Positions 1-6,857 of a DNA stretch of 20,000 bases are shown piece after piece. Both the position numbers and the translations under genes were made by a program. The notes beneath the pieces are model-generated. The model did not search any database. It was not told where the DNA came from and worked only from the letters and a program-made list of their open reading frames with translations. Origin of the DNA: an uncultured virus (IMG/VR IMGVR_UViG_3300035502_000498) (lineage: Duplodnaviria; Heunggongvirae; Uroviricota; Caudoviricetes); IMG/VR virus record IMGVR_UViG_3300035502_000498; one strand, 5' to 3'. How positions within the stretch are numbered: the first letter of the stretch is position 1; every line of letters starts with the position of its first letter.

Positions 1-22
1 CAGAGCTCTTTCACCTCCACTA
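1..22 (+). ncRNA. possible truncated 3' end of a tmRNA or tRNA-Ala (window edge)
   Basis: CACCTCC-A-CTA (12-22) matches the 3' acceptor strand of tmRNA/tRNA-Ala (U70 for a G3-U70 pair, A73). It is followed directly by a terminator and lies in a tRNA cluster. The 5' part is outside the window. Confidence 0.25.
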
Positions 23-28
23 TGAGCC

Positions 29-73
29 AAAACTCAGATTCAGCACCTCGTTAGGAATCTGAGTTTTTATTTT
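29..73 (+). terminator. intrinsic terminator
   Basis: 13-bp perfect stem AAAACTCAGATTC (29-41)/GAATCTGAGTTTT (55-67) running into a T-rich tract. Confidence 0.75.
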
Positions 74-137
74 CCAAATACGAATTTCACTAAATAGGAA
101 TCCAACCTAAATTATTGCACATAAATACTTATCTTAT

Positions 138-213
138 GCGGAAGTAGTTCAAGCTAGTAGAATCTTGGTGACCAATCAAGCAATGTGGGTGCAAATCCCA
201 CCTTCCTGCTCCA
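138..213 (+). tRNA. degenerate tRNA-Gly-like gene, apparent anticodon ACC
   Basis: GCGGAAG acceptor 5' strand, GTTC/GAAT D-stem, CTTGG/TCAAG anticodon stem with loop TGACCAA (ACC at 171-173), GTGGG-TGCAAAT-CCCAC T-arm, U73 and encoded CCA (Gly identity). Defects: extra T in the acceptor 3' strand, G33, no D-loop GG. Confidence 0.65.
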
Positions 214-223
214 TTTATGTTTT

Positions 224-298
224 GCAGGTGTAGCTTAATTGGTAAAGCTCCGATCTCCAAAGTCGATGTAGATGTAAGTTCGAGTCCTACCACCTGTG
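224..298 (+). tRNA. trnW: tRNA-Trp (CCA)
   Basis: Cloverleaf GCAGGTG/CACCTGT, GCTT/AAGC D-stem with TGG loop, anticodon loop CTCCAAA (CCA 257-259), TTCGAGT T-loop, G73. No encoded CCA end. One mismatch each in the anticodon and T stems. Confidence 0.85.
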
Positions 299-381
299 AA
301 TGATATTCAGATAATTAAGATTTCTCTTTTTATCTTTATCAAAAATTTCTCTAACTGTAATTATAATCGGAGGATATTCAA

Positions 382-1122
382 ATGTCAAGTAAACTATCAG
401 TAGAAGCAGCTCAAAAAGTTAGAGATCTGGCAGAGAAAGCAGCACCACATCGTCTTACAATCATGGATGATTTGTCCAAGAAAATGCGTTTCTTGCGTCA
501 GAGTTTTGTTTTGCATTTTGTCAAAGACATAAACAAAAAGAAAGATAAAGAACTTTATGTGGCAACCAAAATAGCACAAGAGAAGATTTTTCGTAAAGTT
601 AAAGACTATATTCATTATGAAGGTGAAGAATCTCCAAATAAGGCTTATGACGGGCTCAATAAATTGGAGAAGGTTTTGGATGAAGTTCAAATCGCAGTTC
701 AGTATCTTCGCTATATAGGCCACACAGATAACTTGGATAAACTTCTTGCAGATAGAAGTATGGCCATTACATGCAGAGCTCTTGAAGCAACCAATGAAGT
801 TCTTGCAGATGAAGAAGTAAAAGATAATATCACAAAAGTATTTGCTTCTGCAGATAAAACACAGACTCAAATTTGTATAGAAGCAAATACAATCAAAGAA
901 GATATCTATAATGAACTTGAAGAACACATTAAGTATGATGCCAAACATAATAAATCAGGTTTAAAATCCAATGAATTTGATAAACTTACAACTTTGGAAG
1001 CAATCAGACAGAAATCTGAAGATGCTGCAGAGAAGAAGTTGGATTCTATGAAAGATTCAATTGGAAACACTATAGACTCTCAATTAAATGTGCAAACTGT
1101 CGCACAGACTATCGCAGGATAG
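382..1122 (+). CDS. hypothetical helical protein (C-terminal part weakly resembles T4 DsbA/GapR-type DNA-binding proteins)
   Basis: 246-aa ORF with GGAGG RBS at 369-373; function inferred only from a loose motif resemblance. Confidence 0.8.
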   Translation: MSSKLSVEAAQKVRDLAEKAAPHRLTIMDDLSKKMRFLRQSFVLHFVKDINKKKDKELYVATKIAQEKIFRKVKDYIHYEGEESPNKAYDGLNKLEKVLDEVQIAVQYLRYIGHTDNLDKLLADRSMAITCRALEATNEVLADEEVKDNITKVFASADKTQTQICIEANTIKEDIYNELEEHIKYDAKHNKSGLKSNEFDKLTTLEAIRQKSEDAAEKKLDSMKDSIGNTIDSQLNVQTVAQTIAG

Positions 1123-1162
1123 TTATTTTTCTTTCAGAATTCCTAGTATATGATAATCTATC

Positions 1163-1200
1163 ACCTCCTGTGTATTAGTTAGTAACTAATTATAGGAGGT
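1163..1200 (+). promoter_or_regulatory. RBS-sequestering hairpin upstream of ORF 1208
   Basis: ACCTCCTGTG(T)ATTAGTT pairs with AACTAATTATAGGAGGT (~17 bp, one bulge), burying the AGGAGG SD. Confidence 0.65.
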
Positions 1201-1207
1201 TTTTATT

Positions 1208-1423
1208 ATGGATACAGAAGAAAACAAACAAGCTCAAGAAAAGATTAATTCAGATTCTTCGTTTGGTTATTTGTTAGCAATTATTATGGGTCTTATGTCT
1301 TTTGGAAATTCAAGTCCTAGTTTTGATATATCAAAATATGAGTTCGATTCTCTAAGAGATAGGTATCATGAACTAGATAAACGTGTTGCTCTTATTGAAG
1401 CAAAACTTTCTTCCAAAGAATGA
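1208..1423 (+). CDS. small protein with a hydrophobic segment and C-terminal coiled coil
   Basis: 71 aa, AGGAGG RBS, hydrophobic FGYLLAIIMGLMSFG, heptad-like LRDRYHELDKRVALIEAKL. Confidence 0.75.
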   Translation: MDTEENKQAQEKINSDSSFGYLLAIIMGLMSFGNSSPSFDISKYEFDSLRDRYHELDKRVALIEAKLSSKE

Positions 1424-1425
1424 AT

Positions 1426-1659
1426 TTAAGACTTTGTGAAACCGAGTAGGATGAACACTGACTTAGGCAGTTTGAATAGGAAACTGAAATCTCATCTTTG
1501 CTCAAAGATGCATTAAGTAGCAAGGCTCTGGGGACTCAGTCGGGAACGGACAGGAGAATAAATTTTGTACAGTTCAAGTGCACGATCGCTGACTAAAAGT
1601 TCCGAAGCGATTAATAAATTAAAGAACTTAGGTTTGGGTGTTTCTCCTTAAAACACCCA
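1426..1659 (+). ncRNA. unidentified structured ncRNA candidate (~235 nt)
   Basis: No listed ORF. Closing helix TTAAG/CTTAG + CTTT/AAAG (1426-35/1621-31); hairpins CAGTTT/AAACTG, TGTAC/GTGCA, ATCGCT/AGCGAT; terminal 9-bp hairpin 1635-1659 whose loop CTCCT complements AGGAG at 1552-1556. Ends 3 nt before tRNA-Met. Confidence 0.55.
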
Positions 1660-1662
1660 CAT

Positions 1663-1740
<78 letters not shown>

Positions 1741-1751
1741 TTATACAGAAC

Positions 1752-2215
1752 ATTGACAAATCGATATAATAGGATAGCATGGCTGAATAATCCTTTGATC
1801 GGGATAAGGCATTGCAAGTAGAGAGGTGGAATTCCTCTTCATAAATCTGTCAAGATTGAATGTTTGCAAATTATGGCTATATTCGGGCATAAGGCACAAA
1901 TAGAGCTAAGAGAGAAGGTTGAGAAATCACCAAGATTCTCTAAGGTTGCACCCTGAATAGTTCCTGTATTTGGTTCGAGCTGAGTAATTGTGCAATATAA
2001 CCATGCATATATTACGTATTCAGATCACAGTGAGATTTCGGTAACCAATCCGAACTAACTTTAAACTCTGTACAGAGGCTTTATAACATGATGTTGAGAA
2101 CAGCTGCTCCCAAAGTGTTGTAATTGGTTAGAAGCCTTTAGGTGTCTAGGGAATATAAGTGTTTAAGAGTAAAAACATAAAGCTCTTTGCTATCCTACTA
2201 TATCGATTTGTCAAT
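1752..2215 (+). ncRNA. large ornate ncRNA, ROOL-like
   Basis: 28-bp terminal inverted repeat (1752-1779/2188-2215, one mismatch), more than 10 internal stems, a perfect 8-bp loop-distal pairing TAACCAAT(2042-49)/ATTGGTTA(2123-30), and a position right after a tRNA in a phage. The ROOL assignment rests on recalled resemblance and context. Confidence 0.7.
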
Positions 2216-2267
2216 ATCTTCTATTTTGGAATTTAATCTTCCAGAACAGAAAATGGAGAGATTTTAT

Positions 2268-2510
2268 ATGTCAGAGTTAAAACAAAAGTTTGTATCCATT
2301 GCTCAAGTTGCTTTAATTGAGTTTTCTTTAAATCATCCAGGACATTGCGTTGTTGGCAAGATGATGGAAGGAATTCTTGATCTTTCAGAGGAAGAAATCT
2401 CAAAAGCATATGAAGCGCATGAAGAATTATCATCAGCAGTTGATGAATACATATTGTATCAATTCACTGCAGGAAGAAATGGATTTAAAAAACCTTCTTG
2501 GTTGAATTAG
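2268..2510 (+). CDS. hypothetical protein (80 aa; start reassigned from 2187)
   Basis: GGAG at 2255-2258 before in-frame ATG 2268; the upstream TTG lies at the ncRNA closing stem. Confidence 0.7.
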   Translation: MSELKQKFVSIAQVALIEFSLNHPGHCVVGKMMEGILDLSEEEISKAYEAHEELSSAVDEYILYQFTAGRNGFKKPSWLN

Positions 2511-2537
2511 TTCCTTTAGTATGAGGAGAGTTAAATA

Positions 2538-2786
2538 ATGCAAGAATCTGCAGATTGGTTTTTGGAGCACATAGAGTTTATATCCAGAGATGAATCAAGT
2601 GTGAGAGCACAATTATCTTTTAAGAAACAGAAACATCAATTTCCATTACATTCACGTTGGCAAGTTTTGGAATCCTGCTTCGATATAGATAATGGTGTTT
2701 TCAGCTCTTTACATCCAGGACAGTCCTATATTCTTATGTTTGATGAAAATATGATCTGCAGAGAGTTTCGTTTTCAATTACATTAA
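2538..2786 (+). CDS. hypothetical protein
   Basis: 82-aa ORF, GAGGAG RBS. Confidence 0.7.
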   Translation: MQESADWFLEHIEFISRDESSVRAQLSFKKQKHQFPLHSRWQVLESCFDIDNGVFSSLHPGQSYILMFDENMICREFRFQLH

Positions 2787-2830
2787 TAATGCATAGGGAA
2801 ATTATTGCATACAAGAAAATGGAGGTTCAC

Positions 2831-3103
2831 ATGACCGATAGATCAATTATTGTATCCAATGAAGTAGAATTGTCTCAAAATGAAAAAGGTCAATTTATAG
2901 TTCATAGACCTGGAAGCAATCCATATCCTATTAAACCTACTTCAAGCACATACTTCATTGTGAAGATTTTAGATTTACGTTGCGATGCACAGAAGCGTAA
3001 ATATGATTATGCCAATGACGTTATCCATTCTTTGCAAAAGAAGTTGGAACGTATTGAAAGCACTTTTTGGTATAAATCTTTGCATTTATTCGGACTTATA
3101 TAA
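2831..3103 (+). CDS. hypothetical protein (90 aa; start reassigned from 2789)
   Basis: GGAGG at 2821-2825 before in-frame ATG 2831. Confidence 0.7.
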   Translation: MTDRSIIVSNEVELSQNEKGQFIVHRPGSNPYPIKPTSSTYFIVKILDLRCDAQKRKYDYANDVIHSLQKKLERIESTFWYKSLHLFGLI

Positions 3104-3118
3104 GCACGGGAGTTAAAT

Positions 3119-4075
3119 ATGGACGAAATATTAGAAGCCATCATAAATATTAATACAAATGAAGATTGGGAAGATGCAGAAGAAAGTACTGCAAGCTTCC
3201 CAAGCGAAGACTTGCCTTTGGATATATGGGACAAAGTAGATGACACCTATAAACTCAAACCAGAACTCAAAGAAACGATCTTGGATGCATTGTCTCAATA
3301 TCCAGATGCTGATCTTTTGGACATGGCTCAAAGTATTAAGATTGTTGGTTCCATTGGTACTAATCTTTATGATGAAGATGCCGATATTGATGTCCATGTT
3401 GAACCAAAGTCTGAAGCACTTGAAGGAAAAACTCCCGAAGAACTGGAACAATTCCAACGAGATGTAATGAATTGGTTCAAAAATGAAAGAGAAGAAAAAG
3501 GTTGGTTTGTAGATCAGCACCCAATGGAAGTATATTTCTCATTGGCTCCAGTTCAAGATTATTTTTCAGATACAGTCTATGATTTACTAACAGATGAATG
3601 GATTAAACCAGTTAAGAAATATGCAATGGACTATGACCCATTTACTGCATATGGAGATGTTCTTACCGAACTAGATGAAGTAGCAGCACCTGCAGATATT
3701 CTTCTTGGAAAGATTAAAAGAGCTCTTGACTATATAGACAGAATTCATAAAGGAAAAGGTGCAGAAGATTTAGTTCAACCTCATCTTCAAGAAATCAAAG
3801 ATTCTGTCTTGGCTCTCAAAGAATGTAAAGAAAACTGGAGACTCATTCGTAGAAGAAATTCTGTAGAACTTCCAGATGAATTACCAGATGATATTACTAC
3901 TTTAGAACAGCCTGATGCATGGAAACATGATAATAACATTTTCAAACTTCTTGATGGTTCTTCTTATTTTGCAGTTGTTAATAGCTTAGCCAAGTTATTA
4001 GATGCCAATGGAGAATTAGTTGAAGATGCTCCAGAACAAGCAAGAAAGATTCTTTCTGATTTCTATTCTAAATAA
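3119..4075 (+). CDS. Pol-beta superfamily nucleotidyltransferase of large phages
   Basis: hG[S]x(n)DhD motif IVGSIGTNLYDEDADIDVHV, third carboxylate in HPMEVYF, helical C-terminal domain. Confidence 0.8.
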   Translation: MDEILEAIININTNEDWEDAEESTASFPSEDLPLDIWDKVDDTYKLKPELKETILDALSQYPDADLLDMAQSIKIVGSIGTNLYDEDADIDVHVEPKSEALEGKTPEELEQFQRDVMNWFKNEREEKGWFVDQHPMEVYFSLAPVQDYFSDTVYDLLTDEWIKPVKKYAMDYDPFTAYGDVLTELDEVAAPADILLGKIKRALDYIDRIHKGKGAEDLVQPHLQEIKDSVLALKECKENWRLIRRRNSVELPDELPDDITTLEQPDAWKHDNNIFKLLDGSSYFAVVNSLAKLLDANGELVEDAPEQARKILSDFYSK

Positions 4076-4108
4076 TTTCTTTTCTTAGATTAAAAGGAGA
4101 GAATCATA

Positions 4109-4612
4109 ATGGATCTAGAAAAATTAGCAGAAGAAGCACATAAAAATACTGCAAGATATGCAGCTGCTACTTCTCAATCAGAGTATTTTAATACTCTTCA
4201 AGAAAATCAATGTCATGAGTTATGTTCTTCAGGAAAATGCAAAGCAGATTGTTGTGGATGTGCAAGTTTATTGGAATCTTCTTTTAAAAGACTGAAGAAG
4301 TTTATTCCAGATAACACAGAATATCATCTTGTTAAAACAAAAGAAAATGGATTTGTTTATGTTAAGCCAGTAACTCCAAATTTCAAATGCGTTTTCTTAA
4401 CAAAAGATTGTAGTTGCTCAATATACAATTCTCATCTAAGACCTGAATACTGTAAGAGATTTGGTGAAGATGCATCAGAACCACTTTATGCTTGTACGTA
4501 CATCAATGAAGAAATGAAAGAAGAGATACAAGAGTTCGCTAGATTATACTTGGCTCAACAGGCAAGAAATGGCAATCCAGTAGCGAAACATGTATTAAAA
4601 CAGCAAGACTAA
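4109..4612 (+). CDS. YkgJ/FliB-like cysteine-cluster (CxxCxxCC) Zn/Fe-chelating protein
   Basis: CSSGKCKADCC ... CVFL...CSIY...RPEYCKRFG signature; AGGAG RBS. Confidence 0.82.
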   Translation: MDLEKLAEEAHKNTARYAAATSQSEYFNTLQENQCHELCSSGKCKADCCGCASLLESSFKRLKKFIPDNTEYHLVKTKENGFVYVKPVTPNFKCVFLTKDCSCSIYNSHLRPEYCKRFGEDASEPLYACTYINEEMKEEIQEFARLYLAQQARNGNPVAKHVLKQQD

Positions 4613-4626
4613 TTTCACTATCGATA

Positions 4627-4655
4627 TTGTATTCCTTATCATTAATTGCTACTAT
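4627..4655 (+). promoter_or_regulatory. sigma70-type promoter
   Basis: TTGTAT (4627-32), 17-nt spacer, TACTAT (4650-55) with extended -10 TG, in an intergenic gap. Confidence 0.55.
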
Positions 4656-4724
4656 CTAGTTCTCCGAACGAAACAGAATGTTTCAGAATTTTAATTCTTG
4701 GAAAGAATTAAAGGAGAACATTCT

Positions 4725-4970
4725 ATGATAGTAGCAAATTATTTTGCTTCAACGGAGTTTTTGAAGTTGATGGAGCAACTAGACGCTGAGGATCTGAGTC
4801 CAAAAGGTAAAGCTGCATTGGAACGTCTTAAGACGAAATTGCTTTTATTCAAATGTCCTTCTTGTGGAAAACCTCTTGGGCTGTCTCACAGTTTTTCTGC
4901 ATGGAGTGAAGCATTTATGGAAGATTGGAAAGCAGAAATGGAAGAGCTCCTAGCAAGGAGGAACTCATGA
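4725..4970 (+). CDS. small protein with CxxC knuckle (start reassigned from 4698)
   Basis: AAGGAG RBS 4711-16, ATG 4725; motif KCPSCGKPLGLSH. Confidence 0.72.
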   Translation: MIVANYFASTEFLKLMEQLDAEDLSPKGKAALERLKTKLLLFKCPSCGKPLGLSHSFSAWSEAFMEDWKAEMEELLARRNS

Positions 4971-5848
4971 GAACTTCAGCAAAACAAAAAGTATATGAGA
5001 CAAGATGGTCTCATGCAGAAAAAGAAAAATCTATGCAACGTAGATTGAATAAGTATTATATAGATATCAATGATAGGTTAAGAAATACAAAGGAGAAAAT
5101 TATGGAAACAGTTACAGACACAGAATGGACGTTACAAGATCTAAATAAGTTGAAATCAAATAAGGACAGACCAATGAATGAGTTGCTTTTGATACTTAAA
5201 AACAAGTTCAATGCAGATCAGATCAGAGAAATGAAAGCTAAGATTATTTCTGAACTCACAAAAGAAGGAACACCAAAAGCCAAAAGAGGATTCTCATGCA
5301 AGTTCTCAGATGAACAATTCAAAATCTTATATGAAAATCGCGAGTCTACAAGAAATGCATTTTTGTTGAAATATCCAGAATTCAGAAAGATTGCTGCAGA
5401 ATCAACAATTGGTTGGTACTTAAATTCTATTCGAGCAGAAATTAAAGGAACTCAAACTCATTTATCTCAACACTTTTATGATTTAGTCAGATTGTGGTAT
5501 AATAATTCTCATCCAGTCCCAATGCCAAAGCGTGGTGCAACTTCTGTCAGATATCTTGCACGAGCTAGGAAAAATAATACAGAAGAAAAGGAAGTCTCTA
5601 CAGAATCTTCTACCATAAAAATCGTAGAACACTTGCCAATTAAACCAGAACCAGTTCAAGAAGTAGATCCAAGTACTTTGGGCTTTTCCAAAGAAGCAAA
5701 AGTGAAATTTGGTTTAATAGTAGATGGTGTCGTTAGAGTTATTGGGGAAACTAAAGAGCATATAGAAGGTGCAGAAATGGTATACCGACAAATAGGCTTA
5801 ACCTCAAATATTCAACGAGTCAAACTCCTCGTTGAAACTCTTCAGTAG
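4967..5848 (+). CDS. putative DNA-binding protein with two Myb/SANT-like helical repeats (start reassigned from 4925)
   Basis: AAGGAGG RBS and ATGA overlap with the upstream stop; repeats WTLQDLNKLKSN...FNADQIREM and FSDEQFKILYEN...AESTIGWY; basic composition. Confidence 0.65.
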   Translation: MRTSAKQKVYETRWSHAEKEKSMQRRLNKYYIDINDRLRNTKEKIMETVTDTEWTLQDLNKLKSNKDRPMNELLLILKNKFNADQIREMKAKIISELTKEGTPKAKRGFSCKFSDEQFKILYENRESTRNAFLLKYPEFRKIAAESTIGWYLNSIRAEIKGTQTHLSQHFYDLVRLWYNNSHPVPMPKRGATSVRYLARARKNNTEEKEVSTESSTIKIVEHLPIKPEPVQEVDPSTLGFSKEAKVKFGLIVDGVVRVIGETKEHIEGAEMVYRQIGLTSNIQRVKLLVETLQ

Positions 5849-5897
5849 AAGAGAAAATACCTAAAACATTCCTAACATCCGGAAGGATGTTCTCCAT

Positions 5898-5928
5898 AGG
5901 GTTCTTCATAAGAGAACCCTTTTCTTTT
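5898..5928 (+). terminator. intrinsic terminator, preceded by a GGAA-tetraloop hairpin at 5874-5891
   Basis: AGGGTTCT/AGAACCCT 8-bp stem followed by TTTCTTTT. Confidence 0.75.
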
Positions 5929-5946
5929 GTCATCCTAAATTATAAT

Positions 5947-6099
5947 ATGAATCCAAAATATTTAACACCATTTTTTGCATTCCTTATAGGCTTCTGCCTT
6001 AGTTTTGCAATGTTCTGTTTGTTTGAGCTTTTATGGGCAGATGTCGAATTCTTTCCAAATCCAGAGACTCAAGCAATAGAAAAGATTAATAATAAATAA
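5947..6099 (+). CDS. small single-pass membrane protein (50 aa; start reassigned from 5887)
   Basis: Hydrophobic FFAFLIGFCLSFAMFCLFELLW. The upstream extension overlaps a terminator. No SD, so possibly leaderless. Confidence 0.6.
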   Translation: MNPKYLTPFFAFLIGFCLSFAMFCLFELLWADVEFFPNPETQAIEKINNK

Positions 6100-6141
6100 C
6101 GGAATTTAAACAATCATCTATTGTTGAAGGGAGGTATTTCC

Positions 6142-6642
6142 GTGAAAGATAATTTTTTAACAGGTATAGTCAGTTCAGCACTTAGTGCACAAGAGCAACA
6201 ATATTCCCAAGATGGTTCTTCTATAAATGAAGAGCAAGAATCTCGTTTATCTGGAATTACAGAAAAAGATGGGTATGTTGGAGAGATGGTGAAACAAACT
6301 CTGGCTTTATTCGAAGATTCTGATAGTCCAAAAGATTATAGAAAGAAGTTCGATTCTAAATACACAGTTGTTGTGGATTCTCTTTCTGTTAAAGTAGCAG
6401 ATACAGACATGCCAACAAATATCGAATACGATTCTGTAGATTCAATCGCATCTCTTGCTGCTTATGTTTCAAATGCTGCAGAAATCGATTTGGATGTCGA
6501 TAAGTTAAAAGCAACTTATGGCTCAGATAATAAAATCCATATGGAACAAGATAGTGAATATGGTTTGATAAAAATTGAAGTCAGCGTCACTGCTTATGAA
6601 GAAGTTGAAGCAAACACTGTTCTCAAATTACCAAGAAATTAA
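6142..6642 (+). CDS. acidic hypothetical protein, possible head-internal protein (GTG start)
   Basis: GGAGG RBS before in-frame GTG 6142; SINE motif near the N-terminus. Confidence 0.75.
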   Translation: MKDNFLTGIVSSALSAQEQQYSQDGSSINEEQESRLSGITEKDGYVGEMVKQTLALFEDSDSPKDYRKKFDSKYTVVVDSLSVKVADTDMPTNIEYDSVDSIASLAAYVSNAAEIDLDVDKLKATYGSDNKIHMEQDSEYGLIKIEVSVTAYEEVEANTVLKLPRN

Positions 6643-6668
6643 GCGTAATATTTTTCCTTAGCCAATGA

Positions 6669-6704
6669 AATCCTGAGCGATCAATAGTTCACTCAGGATT
6701 ATTT
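6669..6704 (+). terminator. hairpin / probable terminator
   Basis: AATCCTGAG (6669-77)/CTCAGGATT (6692-6700) 9-bp stem, then ATTT. Confidence 0.5.
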
Positions 6705-6857
6705 CTATATAAGACAAAAAGAAGGAGGATTCATAAAACGACAAACATCCCGTATACTTAAATCTAAGTTTCGAAATTTGAATCTGTATAAAGAGTAATC
6801 CTCTATTATATTAGGATATACAACGTTGTATTAAGTAAAGAAATGGAGATCTCAAAT

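Noticed and set aside
299..381. tRNA-associated HDV-like (theta) ribozyme after the CCA-less tRNA-Trp
   Set aside because: The downstream sequence is very AT-rich, with no nested double-pseudoknot pairings visible
1426..1659. Group I intron or RNase P RNA
   Set aside because: No canonical P7 R/S elements or GAGGAAAGUCC P4 motif, and no interrupted host gene
1753..1770. Perfect TTGACA and TATAAT hexamers
   Set aside because: They are only 6 nt apart, so they cannot form a sigma70 promoter as a pair; the sequence is one arm of the 28-bp stem
1752..2215. MITE/IS remnant suggested by terminal inverted repeats
   Set aside because: No target-site duplication or transposase remnant is seen; the dense internal stems and pseudoknots and the tRNA context fit a structured RNA better
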